From IMG/VR virus record IMGVR_UViG_3300028920_000094, positions 1 through 50,721 of that record: a DNA stretch of 50,721 nt. One strand, 5' to 3'. Made by a program: the position numbers and the translations under genes. Shown piece after piece: positions 1 to 10,023 of this stretch. Numbering within the stretch: the first letter of the stretch is position 1; the number at the start of each line of letters is the position of its first letter. The notes beneath the pieces are model-generated. The model saw only the letters and a program-made list of their open reading frames with translations. It was not told the origin of the DNA and did no database searches. Source of the DNA: a virus. Taxonomy: Duplodnaviria > Caudoviricetes.

Positions 1-127
1 GACATCATCGATATCAACGGGCAGTCCATCGAGCACTCGGCGTTTGAGCGCCTGGTCATCACCGGGGCTACGGGGAATGCGGCACTGATTAGCGACCAGA
101 CGCGATACATCGACTGCTACCTCTATG
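1..127. repeat. Terminal overlap identical to 50595-50721 (circular assembly)
   Basis: Exact 127-nt match, and one ORF reads in frame through the junction. Confidence 0.97.
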
Positions 128-1332
128 CACACACCAACATTCAGGGCTGGGCAACGCGGTGCAGAGTTGAAAGCGCGTGCTCGATTTGTGACACAGGCTA
201 CGCCGTGTTCGACGAATGCACATTCGGGTCGAGCATCGCCTGCACGCTGACGCTCCAAGCCCCGACGGTGTGCGACATCGAGGACATGGCCGGTGAACTC
301 ACGCTCGCTGGTATGGACGGCGGCGTATGCTCGGTCTCGATGAGCCGTGGTGCCATCCTCACCATCGACAACACCTGCACCGCCGGCACCATCACGGTCA
401 CTGGCGCGGGCACCGTTACCGACAACAGCGGGGTCGGCTGCACGGTCACCGTGCAGGTGGCAGAGGCGGACGTGGTTCAGATCAGCGGTGACGCCACGGC
501 GGCGGACAACGCTGAGTTGGCATTCGACGGAACGGGCTACGGCTTCACCAACTGCACCATGCCGACCGTGACCACCCTGACCAACTGGCACGCCTCGGTC
601 ACCGACTGGACGAACGACGGGCGGCTCGACGTCATCCTCGACGCCATCGCCGCCGACGTGCTCAACCTCGATGGCGATGCGATGCGCGGCACCGACAATG
701 CCGCTCTCGCCGCCACCGCACTCTCCAGCGCGACGTGGACGGCGGAGAAGGCGGGCTTCATCGACATCGCCATCAGCTCGCGCGGCACGGGAACCGCCCT
801 CGACGCGGCGGGGGTGCGCACCGCCCTCGGCCTGGGTGCGGCCAACCTGGACACGCAGTTGGGCGACATCCCGACCGTCGCCGAGTTCGAGGCGAGGACG
901 CTGGTGGCCGCCGACTACTTCGTCGTGGGCGACTACACCGCGCCCCTGGATGCGGCTGGGGTGCGCACCGCACTGGGTTTGGGAGCGGCCAACCTCGATA
1001 CCCAACTCGGCGACATCCCGACCGTCGCCGAGCTCGAGGCCCGCACCCTCGTGGCCGCGGCCTACTTCGACCCCGCGAACGACGTGGTGGCCAGGGTGAC
1101 CCTCGTGGACACCGCGACCACCGTCGCCACCGTGGCCGACGCCGTGGTCGACGCCTTCTGGGACGAGCTCATCGCAGGCCACAACGCCGCAGGCTCCACG
1201 GGCAAAGCCCTCTCCGACGCCCTCGCCGATACCGCAGAGCTCCAGGGCGACTGGGCAGACGGCGGCCGCCTCGACAACCTCCTCGACGGCACGGCCAAAC
1301 CCGCCGACGTGAACATCATCATCGGACCCTAG
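1..1332 (+). CDS. 3' part of a ~705-aa putative virion protein starting at 49809
   Basis: Frame is open across the junction (50595-49809=786 nt). Thr/Ala/Asp-rich, with an internal repeat ALDAAGVRTALGLGAANLDTQLGDIPTVAE x2 at a 50-aa period. Confidence 0.75.
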   Translation, partial: DIIDINGQSIEHSAFERLVITGATGNAALISDQTRYIDCYLYAHTNIQGWATRCRVESACSICDTGYAVFDECTFGSSIACTLTLQAPTVCDIEDMAGELTLAGMDGGVCSVSMSRGAILTIDNTCTAGTITVTGAGTVTDNSGVGCTVTVQVAEADVVQISGDATAADNAELAFDGTGYGFTNCTMPTVTTLTNWHASVTDWTNDGRLDVILDAIAADVLNLDGDAMRGTDNAALAATALSSATWTAEKAGFIDIAISSRGTGTALDAAGVRTALGLGAANLDTQLGDIPTVAEFEARTLVAADYFVVGDYTAPLDAAGVRTALGLGAANLDTQLGDIPTVAELEARTLVAAAYFDPANDVVARVTLVDTATTVATVADAVVDAFWDELIAGHNAAGSTGKALSDALADTAELQGDWADGGRLDNLLDGTAKPADVNIIIGP

Positions 1333-1335
1333 GCT

Positions 1336-2430
1336 ATGGTGATCCCGCTCTCACGGTTCCGCACCTACACCGACGCCGGCGGCACGGTCAACGCCGACCC
1401 CACCGCCCTCTCGGCCATCGTCCGCCCGCTCGGCGGCGGAGCCACCATCGAAGACCTCGGCGACATCCTCGCGAACAAGATCGCCACCGGCCTCTACTAC
1501 GCCACCGTCACCGACGCCAGCTACACCAACGGCCAAAACTACGAGGTATACTCCACCGCCACGGTGTCGGGCTCCACGGTCTACGGCATCACGGAGTTCC
1601 AGTTCCGCGCCGTGGGCGACACCACGGCACCTGCGGCCCCGGCCACACTGGCCTGGACCTCGAGCACGGCCACCACCGCCGCCTGCTCCGTGACCGTGCC
1701 CACCGCCGCCGACTACAACCACTGCTCCGCACACCTCACGGCCGTCGGCGCGGGCACCCAGAGCACCGTCAGCCCACTCACCATCACCGACGGGGCGTTC
1801 ACCCTCGAGAGCCTGTCCGCCGACACCACCTACGCCCTCCACCTCCACGCCTACGACGGCGCGGACGACGACACCGCGAACCGCTCCGAGCCGAGCAACC
1901 ACATCACCTTCCGCACCGCACCGTCGGCCACGGTCACCCCCGCCGGCCCGATCAGCCTCCCCCTCTCGGGCGTCGAAGCCCTCATCGCAGCCACCGCGGC
2001 CTGGCAGAGTTGGACCGGCACGGCCGACGCCACCGCCGCCGCCGCCCGCATCCACCGGCCAGGCGTCGCCCCCGAGGACTACGACAGCGACGACTACCCC
2101 TACTGCCTCATCTACCACGGCGACGACGGGGGCTACTCCACCGAGGACGACCTCGCGTGGATGGACAAGGGCACCGTGGCCGCCGTCTTCGTCGACCGCG
2201 TGCCCGCCGCATACCTCGGCGACGACGGCGAGCCCGTCGCCCCCACTGCACTCGACTGGTTCACGAACAAAACAGGGGATGTGCTCTCCGACGCCAAAGC
2301 CCTCGAGGGCGAGGGCTATATCGTGGTCGAGGGATTCGACTGGGAGCCCCCTGCACGCACCACACGCCAGGCCTCCCACGGCCAGGGTATCCGAATGCTA
2401 CAGGCCCTCATCGTGAGGTACGGGCCATGA
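1336..2430 (+). CDS. Virion protein, Ig/Fn3-like domain plus possible tail-completion domain
   Basis: Fn3-like signature (TLESLSADTTYALHLHAY...SEPS); lies upstream of the tail tube gene. Confidence 0.55.
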   Translation: MVIPLSRFRTYTDAGGTVNADPTALSAIVRPLGGGATIEDLGDILANKIATGLYYATVTDASYTNGQNYEVYSTATVSGSTVYGITEFQFRAVGDTTAPAAPATLAWTSSTATTAACSVTVPTAADYNHCSAHLTAVGAGTQSTVSPLTITDGAFTLESLSADTTYALHLHAYDGADDDTANRSEPSNHITFRTAPSATVTPAGPISLPLSGVEALIAATAAWQSWTGTADATAAAARIHRPGVAPEDYDSDDYPYCLIYHGDDGGYSTEDDLAWMDKGTVAAVFVDRVPAAYLGDDGEPVAPTALDWFTNKTGDVLSDAKALEGEGYIVVEGFDWEPPARTTRQASHGQGIRMLQALIVRYGP

Positions 2431-2963
2431 GCGGCGTCGCCAAGCAACACGTCTTCATCAACTTCGAGGGGCACCCAAAGATGCTCCTCAAGCACGTGGT
2501 GTTCTGCAAGACCGCAGCCCTCCGCAAGGCCGCCATGCACTGGCACCGGGTCACCGCGAAAAAGCACTTCACCGGGGCAGGAGCCCGCAGGTACAAGTAC
2601 GCCGATCGAGAGTACGAGTATCAGAGGATATGGGGCGGCTGCCTCTCCCACAGCGGCCTGTCCGAGGACAGGCTCACGGCCACCATGCGCCTCTCGTGGA
2701 AGGGCACCAAGGGCCGCGTCCGCGCCATCGGCAAGTTCAACGGCCCCGACTACTTCTTCATCAAGGGCGGCATCAGCCGCCGATGCCACCAGCGCCAAAA
2801 CCGGCGCAACAACGTGGGGTGCGGCAAGCAGCCCGACAAATTCGACGAGTTCTCCCGGATGACCGACCCCGAGCGCAGGGCGCAGGCCAGCATCGCGCAT
2901 AACAAGTTCATGGAACGGTTCTCCAGAATCATGCGCCGCCGCTCCCGCAGGAGGATCCTCTGA
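2427..2963 (+). CDS. Basic neck/tail-completion protein
   Basis: ATGA overlap with the previous gene; Arg/Lys-rich; position before the tail tube gene. Confidence 0.5.
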   Translation: MSGVAKQHVFINFEGHPKMLLKHVVFCKTAALRKAAMHWHRVTAKKHFTGAGARRYKYADREYEYQRIWGGCLSHSGLSEDRLTATMRLSWKGTKGRVRAIGKFNGPDYFFIKGGISRRCHQRQNRRNNVGCGKQPDKFDEFSRMTDPERRAQASIAHNKFMERFSRIMRRRSRRRIL

Positions 2964-3892
2964 TGGCAGTTTCCAACGTCTACACACTCTCCCACTTCCT
3001 CGTCGACCGCGCGTCCGACCTCGTGGTCGGCGGGATCCAGTCCTGCAACGTCGACGGCGGCGTGGCCGAGACCATCCTGAGCGGCGACGGATCCGCCTAC
3101 CCCACGTTCGCGGGCATCGGCGAGATCGCGCCCATCGTCGACTTCACCACGACACAGCTCGCCACCGTCCTCGCGGAGGGCAGCGACACCTTCGCCGTCG
3201 CCGGCCTCAAGCTCTCCGCCACCGCCATCGGCAAGTGCTGGCTTCAGAAAATGTCGGAGGGCGCCGTCCGCGCCGGCGGCGCGACCTCCGTCCTGATGGC
3301 CATCAACGAGGGGCTCCTCATCCCGACGGGCATCACCGCTCAGGGCAACACCCCCGCCACCATCGACTGCCGCGCGGTCTGCACCTACGACGGCAGCAAC
3401 GTCCCCCTCACGGTCACGGACAGCGCGACCATGAGCGGCACCCCGACCGTCGGGCATGCCTACTACCGCGGCCCCGTCGAGATCAACGGGTCGGCCATCG
3501 ACGGGATCCAGGGCATCGCCTACGACCCAGGCCTCCGCCTCGTGGTCAAGGGCGACGACCTCTACCCCTCCTTCGTCTCCATCTACGAGGTCATCCCACG
3601 ATTCACGTTCACGCCCGCCGACGCCGGCGTCCTCTACGACTACGGATTCACAGGCACACCGCAGAACGCCACCGACAGCCTGGTCTACTTCCGCAAGGGC
3701 TCCGAGGGCGGCACGCGCACGGCCGACGCCACCGAAGAGCACATCAAGTTCACCATCGACGAGGGGATGATCTGGACGGCGAGCGTCGCCGGCACCCACG
3801 GCCAGCCCTCCGTCCCCACCCTCATCCTCCAGCCGACCTACGACGGCGACAACGCCATCGTCGTCGTCGACACGACCTCCGCGATCGCATAA
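2963..3892 (+). CDS. Putative major tail tube protein
   Basis: 309 aa, beta-rich composition, directly upstream of the frameshifted chaperone and tape measure genes. Confidence 0.65.
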   Translation: MAVSNVYTLSHFLVDRASDLVVGGIQSCNVDGGVAETILSGDGSAYPTFAGIGEIAPIVDFTTTQLATVLAEGSDTFAVAGLKLSATAIGKCWLQKMSEGAVRAGGATSVLMAINEGLLIPTGITAQGNTPATIDCRAVCTYDGSNVPLTVTDSATMSGTPTVGHAYYRGPVEINGSAIDGIQGIAYDPGLRLVVKGDDLYPSFVSIYEVIPRFTFTPADAGVLYDYGFTGTPQNATDSLVYFRKGSEGGTRTADATEEHIKFTIDEGMIWTASVAGTHGQPSVPTLILQPTYDGDNAIVVVDTTSAIA

Positions 3893-3902
3893 GGAGCGCA
3901 AC

Positions 3903-4661
3903 GTGGCAGGCTTGCTCTACTTCGCCGCCGACCTCAAGAGCATCGGCACCCCCGACCTCGACCGATGGGGGCTGCTCGAGGTCTTTCGCGGCGCCACCAT
4001 CCATCAGAGGGGAGTGCTCCGTGCCGTGGGACCCGGCTCGTCGTGTGGGGTGGCCTTCCGGCCCCACACGCTCGAGCCGCGGCAGCCCGTCCTCGGCTGC
4101 TGGCCAGCCGACAGCGAACGCCCCGAGGCGCGCCAGGCCTGGGAGCCCCTGCTCGGTGCGGACGGCGTGTGGATCGGCCACTACACCGACCAGCCCCCCA
4201 CCCCCGCCGACCTCGCCCGGCCCGAGCAGGTCGCCGGCCACTACACCGAGCTCGAGGACGGCTCGCAGTGGCTCATCCCCGTCGCCCGAGCATTCCCGTG
4301 CGGCACCAGCCTGCCCGAGCGGCTGCTCATCGGCGAGGATAACACGTGGGTCCGCGAGGTGGTGCCGCGCTACGCACAGCTCTCCCGCCGTGCAGGCGAG
4401 TTCTTCGCAGGCTGCGAGGAGCAGCAGCAGTTCATCGTCGAGGACTGGGCCGACCTGGCCTGCGAGGCCATCGCGGTGAACTACCGCATCGACCGCCGCG
4501 GCGCCAGCCACCTCAAGCTGCTCACCACCACCAGCCTGCACCGCGTGCTCACCGCACTGGTCGACGGCCCGACCATCGAGGCCGTCCTCGCCGAGCAGCA
4601 GGCAAACCAAAAAAAAAACCGGCCCGATGGCTCACCTTCGAGCGATGGAGGCGCGGACTGA
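3903..4661 (+). CDS. Tail assembly chaperone (gpG-like) with -1 frameshift extension to 4801
   Basis: A10-C run at 4609-4619 (QKKN); the -1 frame stays open to 4801 and overlaps the next start. Confidence 0.75.
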   Translation: MAGLLYFAADLKSIGTPDLDRWGLLEVFRGATIHQRGVLRAVGPGSSCGVAFRPHTLEPRQPVLGCWPADSERPEARQAWEPLLGADGVWIGHYTDQPPTPADLARPEQVAGHYTELEDGSQWLIPVARAFPCGTSLPERLLIGEDNTWVREVVPRYAQLSRRAGEFFAGCEEQQQFIVEDWADLACEAIAVNYRIDRRGASHLKLLTTTSLHRVLTALVDGPTIEAVLAEQQANQKKNRPDGSPSSDGGAD

Positions 4662-4790
4662 TGCCAGGCCACATCCCCACCTACGCCGACCTCCACTGGC
4701 TCGCACGCACACCGTGGCCAGACGACCGATTCATCGAGGCAGCCGACGCCATCGTCGAGGCGGCCGCCGCCTTGATCGCGAGGGGACGCT

Positions 4791-6200
4791 ATGGCCCGTA
4801 GCAAGAACGAAATCGTATGGACAGGCGACAGCGCCCAACTGATCCAGGACCTCGAAAAGCTCAAGACCAACTACGGCAAGCTCGAGCAGCGCATCCGCGA
4901 GACGGGCAAGTCTGGATCCAGGACCCAATCCGTGCTGGGGAGCATCGGAGCACAGGTCACATCGATGGCCTCCGGCTGGCTCTCCGTCAACGCCGCCATC
5001 TCCGCAGGCCGCGCACTCTTCCGGATGTGGGACGAGGATGTCAAGAAATTCGCGGAAAGTGCCAAGGCCGCCCGCGAATCGATGATGGACCTCTACTTCC
5101 TCGAAGGTGCAAAGCCAGGCAGCTTCGAGGCCACCGCCAGGGAGGCGGCAGGACACATGGTCCGGCCCACCGAATACGGGCCTGCCAAGGAAGCCTTCGT
5201 CTCGGGCACGGCGGGCATGGACAAAACCCGCCAGGCCGACCTCTGGCGCCTCGCCATGCAGCACCGCCGCCTCTCCCGCCTCCCACCCGAGCAGATCGCC
5301 GGCTTCTACGGCAAGGCAGGCCTCATGTTCCAGGGGCGCAGCCCCCAGGACATACAGAACTTCATCATCACGACCATCAAGCAGGCGGGCGCCACCGCCG
5401 AGGCCATCGGCCCGCAGTTCCCCCGAGTGATGGCCCTCGCGGGGCTCGGAAAGATGGAGCAGGAGGAACTCGGAGCCCTGTTTGCCGCCGCCACCCAGGC
5501 ATCCGGCACGCCCCGACAGGCAGCCGGCGGCCTCGAAAGCATGGTCCGCGGCATGATGATCGGAGGCCCAGCGTCGGCGGGCATCCTCAAGGGGGCAGGC
5601 GTTACCGAAGGCATGAGCTTCATGGAACGGCTTCAGGCCGTCCAGCGAGCCCGAGCGGCGGGCACGATCTCCGACGAGCAGCTCGCAACACTCATCGGCA
5701 CGCCGGGCATGCGCCTCACCAAGCTCACCGACACCGACATCCTGGCCCCCCACCTCCAGGCATTTCGTGCAGTGCGAGGCCGCCGCCTGGGATCTGAGAT
5801 GGTCGCCGCCGCCGCCAAAGACCCGTCCTACCGCCGAGCCATGCAGTGGCGGCAGCTCGAAGCCGAGGAAGAAGCGGTCGAGGCCACCACGCACGCACTC
5901 GCCGACGTGGAGCGATACGGACGGGCCCTCGACGTGAGCCTCAAGCGGGGAGGGGCCGCCCCCATCCATCGCTACCTCTCCCAGATGAACTACCGATTCG
6001 GCACCTTCCTGGGAGCAGACCCCGCACGCGCCGCCGAGCTCGGGGCATTCACACAAGAGGACAGCTTCGGCGCAGTGATCCAGAAGCTCGACCGCGCCGC
6101 CGACAACCTGCAACAGGGCTCGGGCGACCTGCGGGGGGCCACAGGCGGCCTCAACATCAAGAGCAAAACCCACCTCCGCGATGTCCAGGGGGGCGGCTAG
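4791..6200 (+). CDS. Short tape measure protein
   Basis: Helical, Ala/Gly-rich, 469 aa, directly after the G/GT-type chaperone. Confidence 0.7.
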   Translation: MARSKNEIVWTGDSAQLIQDLEKLKTNYGKLEQRIRETGKSGSRTQSVLGSIGAQVTSMASGWLSVNAAISAGRALFRMWDEDVKKFAESAKAARESMMDLYFLEGAKPGSFEATAREAAGHMVRPTEYGPAKEAFVSGTAGMDKTRQADLWRLAMQHRRLSRLPPEQIAGFYGKAGLMFQGRSPQDIQNFIITTIKQAGATAEAIGPQFPRVMALAGLGKMEQEELGALFAAATQASGTPRQAAGGLESMVRGMMIGGPASAGILKGAGVTEGMSFMERLQAVQRARAAGTISDEQLATLIGTPGMRLTKLTDTDILAPHLQAFRAVRGRRLGSEMVAAAAKDPSYRRAMQWRQLEAEEEAVEATTHALADVERYGRALDVSLKRGGAAPIHRYLSQMNYRFGTFLGADPARAAELGAFTQEDSFGAVIQKLDRAADNLQQGSGDLRGATGGLNIKSKTHLRDVQGGG

Positions 6201-6599
6201 ATGGCTACGCCTAAGATCGGCGACACAGAGTTCATGTTCCTGTTCGGCTCCGTCGACGAGCACGAGATGGCACTCGAGCTCATCCCGCGCCCAGGCATCG
6301 ACGGCGAGGCCGCCGCCGAACTCGGCAAGCGCGCCAGTCAGAGCCTCCTCACCACCTGGTCCGACCACACCTCCGCCGCCAACGCCGACACCGCCTACGA
6401 CGCCTACAAGGCCCTCATCGGCGGCGAGCCCGTCACCATCACCTACTCGAGCGGCCAGACCGTCGCCAACGTCCTCCTCCTCGGCTGCGAACGGCAGGGA
6501 CAGCCCAAGCAGATGGCGGCGACCACGGGCTCCGCTCTCCGCAACGCGGGCACCTGGATCCTCCGGTGCCGATGGACCGTCCTCCACCGAGGCAACTGA
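6201..6599 (+). CDS. Putative distal tail protein
   Basis: Abuts the tape measure stop; assigned by position only. Confidence 0.45.
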   Translation: MATPKIGDTEFMFLFGSVDEHEMALELIPRPGIDGEAAAELGKRASQSLLTTWSDHTSAANADTAYDAYKALIGGEPVTITYSSGQTVANVLLLGCERQGQPKQMAATTGSALRNAGTWILRCRWTVLHRGN

Positions 6600-6613
6600 G
6601 AAAGGGCTCACAC

Positions 6614-7042
6614 ATGGCTCAAACGCCTCACCGCCACACGCTCCTGCTCGCCGTCCTCGCCGGCATCGTCATCGCCGCCGCCCTCTGCGGGTGCGCCGCC
6701 CCGACCTGGCAGGACCGCGCCCACACCTGGCTCCAGGTGCAGGGCACCGCCACCGCCGCCACCTACGCCCTCATCGAGGCGCAGGCCACCGTCGAGCCCG
6801 ACACCGTGCCCGCCGACCAGCTCAAGGCCGCCCGCGAACTCTACGCCTACTACGTCTCCCTCCACGCACAGGCAGAGCTCGCCGTCGCCAGCGACGACCA
6901 GCCCCTCTACAACCAGATCCGCGTGCAAATGCTCCTCTCCACCGCCCAGCTCCTCCGCATCAAAGCCGCCGTCTGCCCCGTCCTCAACCCCAGGCCCGAC
7001 AGCGCCACCGCCGCCGCCCCCCCTTTTCCGAATGACGCGTGA
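6614..7042 (+). CDS. Putative lipoprotein
   Basis: Hydrophobic leader ending in a lipobox-like LCG-C. Confidence 0.6.
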   Translation: MAQTPHRHTLLLAVLAGIVIAAALCGCAAPTWQDRAHTWLQVQGTATAATYALIEAQATVEPDTVPADQLKAARELYAYYVSLHAQAELAVASDDQPLYNQIRVQMLLSTAQLLRIKAAVCPVLNPRPDSATAAAPPFPNDA

Positions 7043-7071
7043 CGGATGACGCGTGACGCGTGGAGCCGCCC

Positions 7072-7599
7072 ATGTCCGTGACCGCCCTCACCATCACACA
7101 GACCTCCCCCCTCGGATGGCGCCTCGCCTTCACCTCCGACGATGCCACCCCCACGTTCTACATCTGGCGCGACGGGGCGCTGCTCGGCACCACCCCGCTC
7201 GCATACTTCGACGTGGTGGTCCCCATCGGCACCCACCCCGTGTTCGCCGTCTACGACGACGCGGACGAATCGCCCCTCCGCAGCTACCCCGCCGCACTCA
7301 CCCTCCAGTGGCGGCGCGACACGGCGGCCGAGACCTACCTGGTCGAGCACTACGACGGCGCGGAATGGGACACCGTGGCCACCGTCCACGAGCGCGGCGA
7401 GCGGGGCTACTACCAGTGGACCACGCCCCCCCTCGCCGACGCCGCGACGCACCAGTACCGCGTCTCCGCCGTCGCATCCGACGGCAACACCTCCACGGCC
7501 ACCGCCCTCTCCGCCCTCATGGTCCGCCACCCCGACCCCGTCGCCGTCACCATCACCTACTCGAGCGACACGACCAAGCTCACCATCACCGAGGCCTGA
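7072..7599 (+). CDS. Virion protein, Fn3-like
   Basis: HQYRVSAVASDGNTS Fn3-like C-terminus. Confidence 0.55.
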   Translation: MSVTALTITQTSPLGWRLAFTSDDATPTFYIWRDGALLGTTPLAYFDVVVPIGTHPVFAVYDDADESPLRSYPAALTLQWRRDTAAETYLVEHYDGAEWDTVATVHERGERGYYQWTTPPLADAATHQYRVSAVASDGNTSTATALSALMVRHPDPVAVTITYSSDTTKLTITEA

Positions 7600-7602
7600 C
7601 CC

Positions 7603-8625
7603 GTGGCCAGCGAGCACACTCATTCCGACGCCCTCCGCTGGTATCTCACCGGCGCGGCCTCCGACGGCGGGGCGCAGGCCGACCCCGACGCGGCACTGGG
7701 CAACTACCGCTCGAGCACCCGCTACGGATCGATGGGCTTCCGTGCCAAGGGCGGCACGACCAACGTCACCATCGAATTCGTCGCCGGAGCCAACGGCCTC
7801 GGCACAGGCCGCATCCGAGCCGCGAGCACCTCCACCCTCGCATGGACACCGCCAGGCGGCACCGAAGGCACCGCCGTCACCATCGCCAACGGCCAGACCC
7901 GCGTCCTCGAGGGCGACGGCGACAACGATGCCTTCGTGGTCGTGACCCGCGACACCACCGCCGACCTGCTCGGCACGACAAACGTCACCTGCACCGACGT
8001 GTTCAACGGCCTGTGGGATAACATCAGCTCCGCCGAACGGGTGGCGGGCGAGACCGAATACCGCTGCCTGTGCCTCAAGAACGGCGGGAGCTATGAGGCC
8101 GACGCCACCCGCCTGTGGCTCGGCCTCCTCGGCACCGCCGCTGACGTGAACGCCGCAGGCTACGCGGCCGCGGGTGCCGTCACCATCACGGCGGGCGAGA
8201 GCGGGGGCTATGCCGACTGGCCGGAGCAGGGCGTCGTGCACAACGCCCGCACCGACGAGGTGCTCTACTACCACTCCCGCACCGACGACGCCCTGACCGT
8301 CGAGGCGGCGGGCCGCGACTTCTGGGGCGACGGTGCCGCCGCGGGCCTCGAGGACGATGTGCTCCGCCCCATCCCCCCCTGGCGCCTCGCACTCGAAGCC
8401 CCCGCCGCACAGCCCGCGGGCTACGCGCAGACCATCGCCAACGAGGGCACCGCCCCCACCAGCGTGAGCTGGCACCACTCGCCCCACGCGAGCGACCCGA
8501 CCACCGTCCCCGGCCTCCAGGCCGGCTACTGCTACTTCCTGTGGATCGCCCGCAAGGTCCTCGCGGGCTCCACTGCCGACGCCGACGTGCCCGGCTTCCT
8601 CGAAGCCAGCGGCGGCGCGGTCTAA
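7603..8625 (+). CDS. Putative minor tail protein
   Basis: Long codon-biased ORF in the tail module. Confidence 0.5.
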   Translation: MASEHTHSDALRWYLTGAASDGGAQADPDAALGNYRSSTRYGSMGFRAKGGTTNVTIEFVAGANGLGTGRIRAASTSTLAWTPPGGTEGTAVTIANGQTRVLEGDGDNDAFVVVTRDTTADLLGTTNVTCTDVFNGLWDNISSAERVAGETEYRCLCLKNGGSYEADATRLWLGLLGTAADVNAAGYAAAGAVTITAGESGGYADWPEQGVVHNARTDEVLYYHSRTDDALTVEAAGRDFWGDGAAAGLEDDVLRPIPPWRLALEAPAAQPAGYAQTIANEGTAPTSVSWHHSPHASDPTTVPGLQAGYCYFLWIARKVLAGSTADADVPGFLEASGGAV

Positions 8626-8644
8626 CGCCGAGAGGAGATCCCCC

Positions 8645-9094
8645 ATGGCAGGACTGCTGTACTCGTGTGCCACACCCGCCGAGGTCGCACTCGTCGCCGC
8701 CACCGAGAAAACCGTGCTCCAGGTCTACGCGCCGGCCAACCGCATCATCAAGATCCTCGGCTTCGTTTGGTCGGGCGACGCCCTGGCCAACACGGACAGC
8801 CCCGTGACCATCAAGATCGAGCGGCAGAGCGACGCGGGCACGGTGAGCGCGGGGACGCCCGTCGAGCTCGGGGTGACCGGGGTCACCATCGGCGGTGACT
8901 TCGGCTACAACGCCTCCGGCGAGCCGACGAGCGGAGCCCTGCTGCGGATTTTCCACGTCCACCCGCAGAGCGGCATCGACAAGGTCTTCGCCCCCTTCGA
9001 GGTCATCGAGATCGGCAGCGAAGGCCGCGTCGGGTTCACCTGCACCGCACCGGACGCCTGCAACTGCCTCCTCACCGTCATCTGCGAGGAGTAG
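8645..9094 (+). CDS. Hypothetical virion protein
   Basis: RBS GAGGAG; beta-rich. Confidence 0.55.
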   Translation: MAGLLYSCATPAEVALVAATEKTVLQVYAPANRIIKILGFVWSGDALANTDSPVTIKIERQSDAGTVSAGTPVELGVTGVTIGGDFGYNASGEPTSGALLRIFHVHPQSGIDKVFAPFEVIEIGSEGRVGFTCTAPDACNCLLTVICEE

Positions 9095-9100
9095 AGCCCC

Positions 9101-9976
9101 GTGGGACTGGCCACCGTGAAGCCACCCGCAATGATCGTGAGTTCGGCCCCCCCGCCGAGCCGCAGCACCGTGCCCCAGCCCGTGCGGCTGGGGCCGGTGC
9201 GCGGTTTTGCACCTGCGGCCGTCCCCGCCATCCAGGTCGTCAGCCCCCCGCCGCTCCAGGCCCGTGCCCATCAGCAGGTCGGATTCTTCGGCCCGCACCA
9301 CACAGGCCGCGTGCCCTTCGCACACAGCCTCCGCGACCGGCACCGCATCGCCGACGCCTCCCTCGCCGGCTATACCATCTATATCGGCACCGACGCCTCC
9401 CCCGACCTCACGGGCGACCCGACCGAAGCCGCCGCCAGCCTCCCGCACGAGACCTCCACCACCCTCGCCGCGAGCCACACCTACCACGTCGTCGTCCGCG
9501 CCCGCAACGTCTACGGCCTCGAATCCCTCAACGAGAACGAGGTCACGTTCGAGATCGACGCCGACGGCGACCAGGTGCTCCCGCGCCCATCCGCCCCCCG
9601 CTCCGTGACCGCCGAGGCCGCCGCCGACGGCGCGATCCGCATTCGAGCCCACTACAACGGCCTCCCCGACACCACCAAAGCCACCACCTGGCTCATCTAC
9701 CAGACCGACGACGGCTCCGACCCCGTCGTCGGCGTCGACGAGCCGACCGAAGTCGCCATGACCGTCATGGGCGGCCAGGCCATCCTCGACCGCACCGCGG
9801 GCGAACACGGCGACGGAACCACCGTCAAGACCATGATCGCCACCCGCTACACCGCCGACGAGGTCGACATCGATAGCACAACCTCCGCGATCGTCTCGGC
9901 CACGAGCAACACCGACGCACCCGACGCCCCGAGCGCGGGCATCTACTTCGGCAGCCTGGCGAGGCAGGGGCAGTAG
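9101..9976 (+). CDS. Virion protein, Fn3-like
   Basis: TYHVVVRARNVYGLES and PSAPRSVTA Fn3-like motifs; start codon uncertain. Confidence 0.55.
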   Translation: MGLATVKPPAMIVSSAPPPSRSTVPQPVRLGPVRGFAPAAVPAIQVVSPPPLQARAHQQVGFFGPHHTGRVPFAHSLRDRHRIADASLAGYTIYIGTDASPDLTGDPTEAAASLPHETSTTLAASHTYHVVVRARNVYGLESLNENEVTFEIDADGDQVLPRPSAPRSVTAEAAADGAIRIRAHYNGLPDTTKATTWLIYQTDDGSDPVVGVDEPTEVAMTVMGGQAILDRTAGEHGDGTTVKTMIATRYTADEVDIDSTTSAIVSATSNTDAPDAPSAGIYFGSLARQGQ

Positions 9977-10023
9977 GACATCACGCGTCACGCGTCATCC
10001 GTCACGCGTCACAGGAAAAGGCA

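Noticed and set aside
796-1070. Internal repeat as a DGR template/variable pair
   Set aside because: It is an in-frame protein repeat with mostly synonymous differences that are not adenine-specific, and no reverse transcriptase was recognised.
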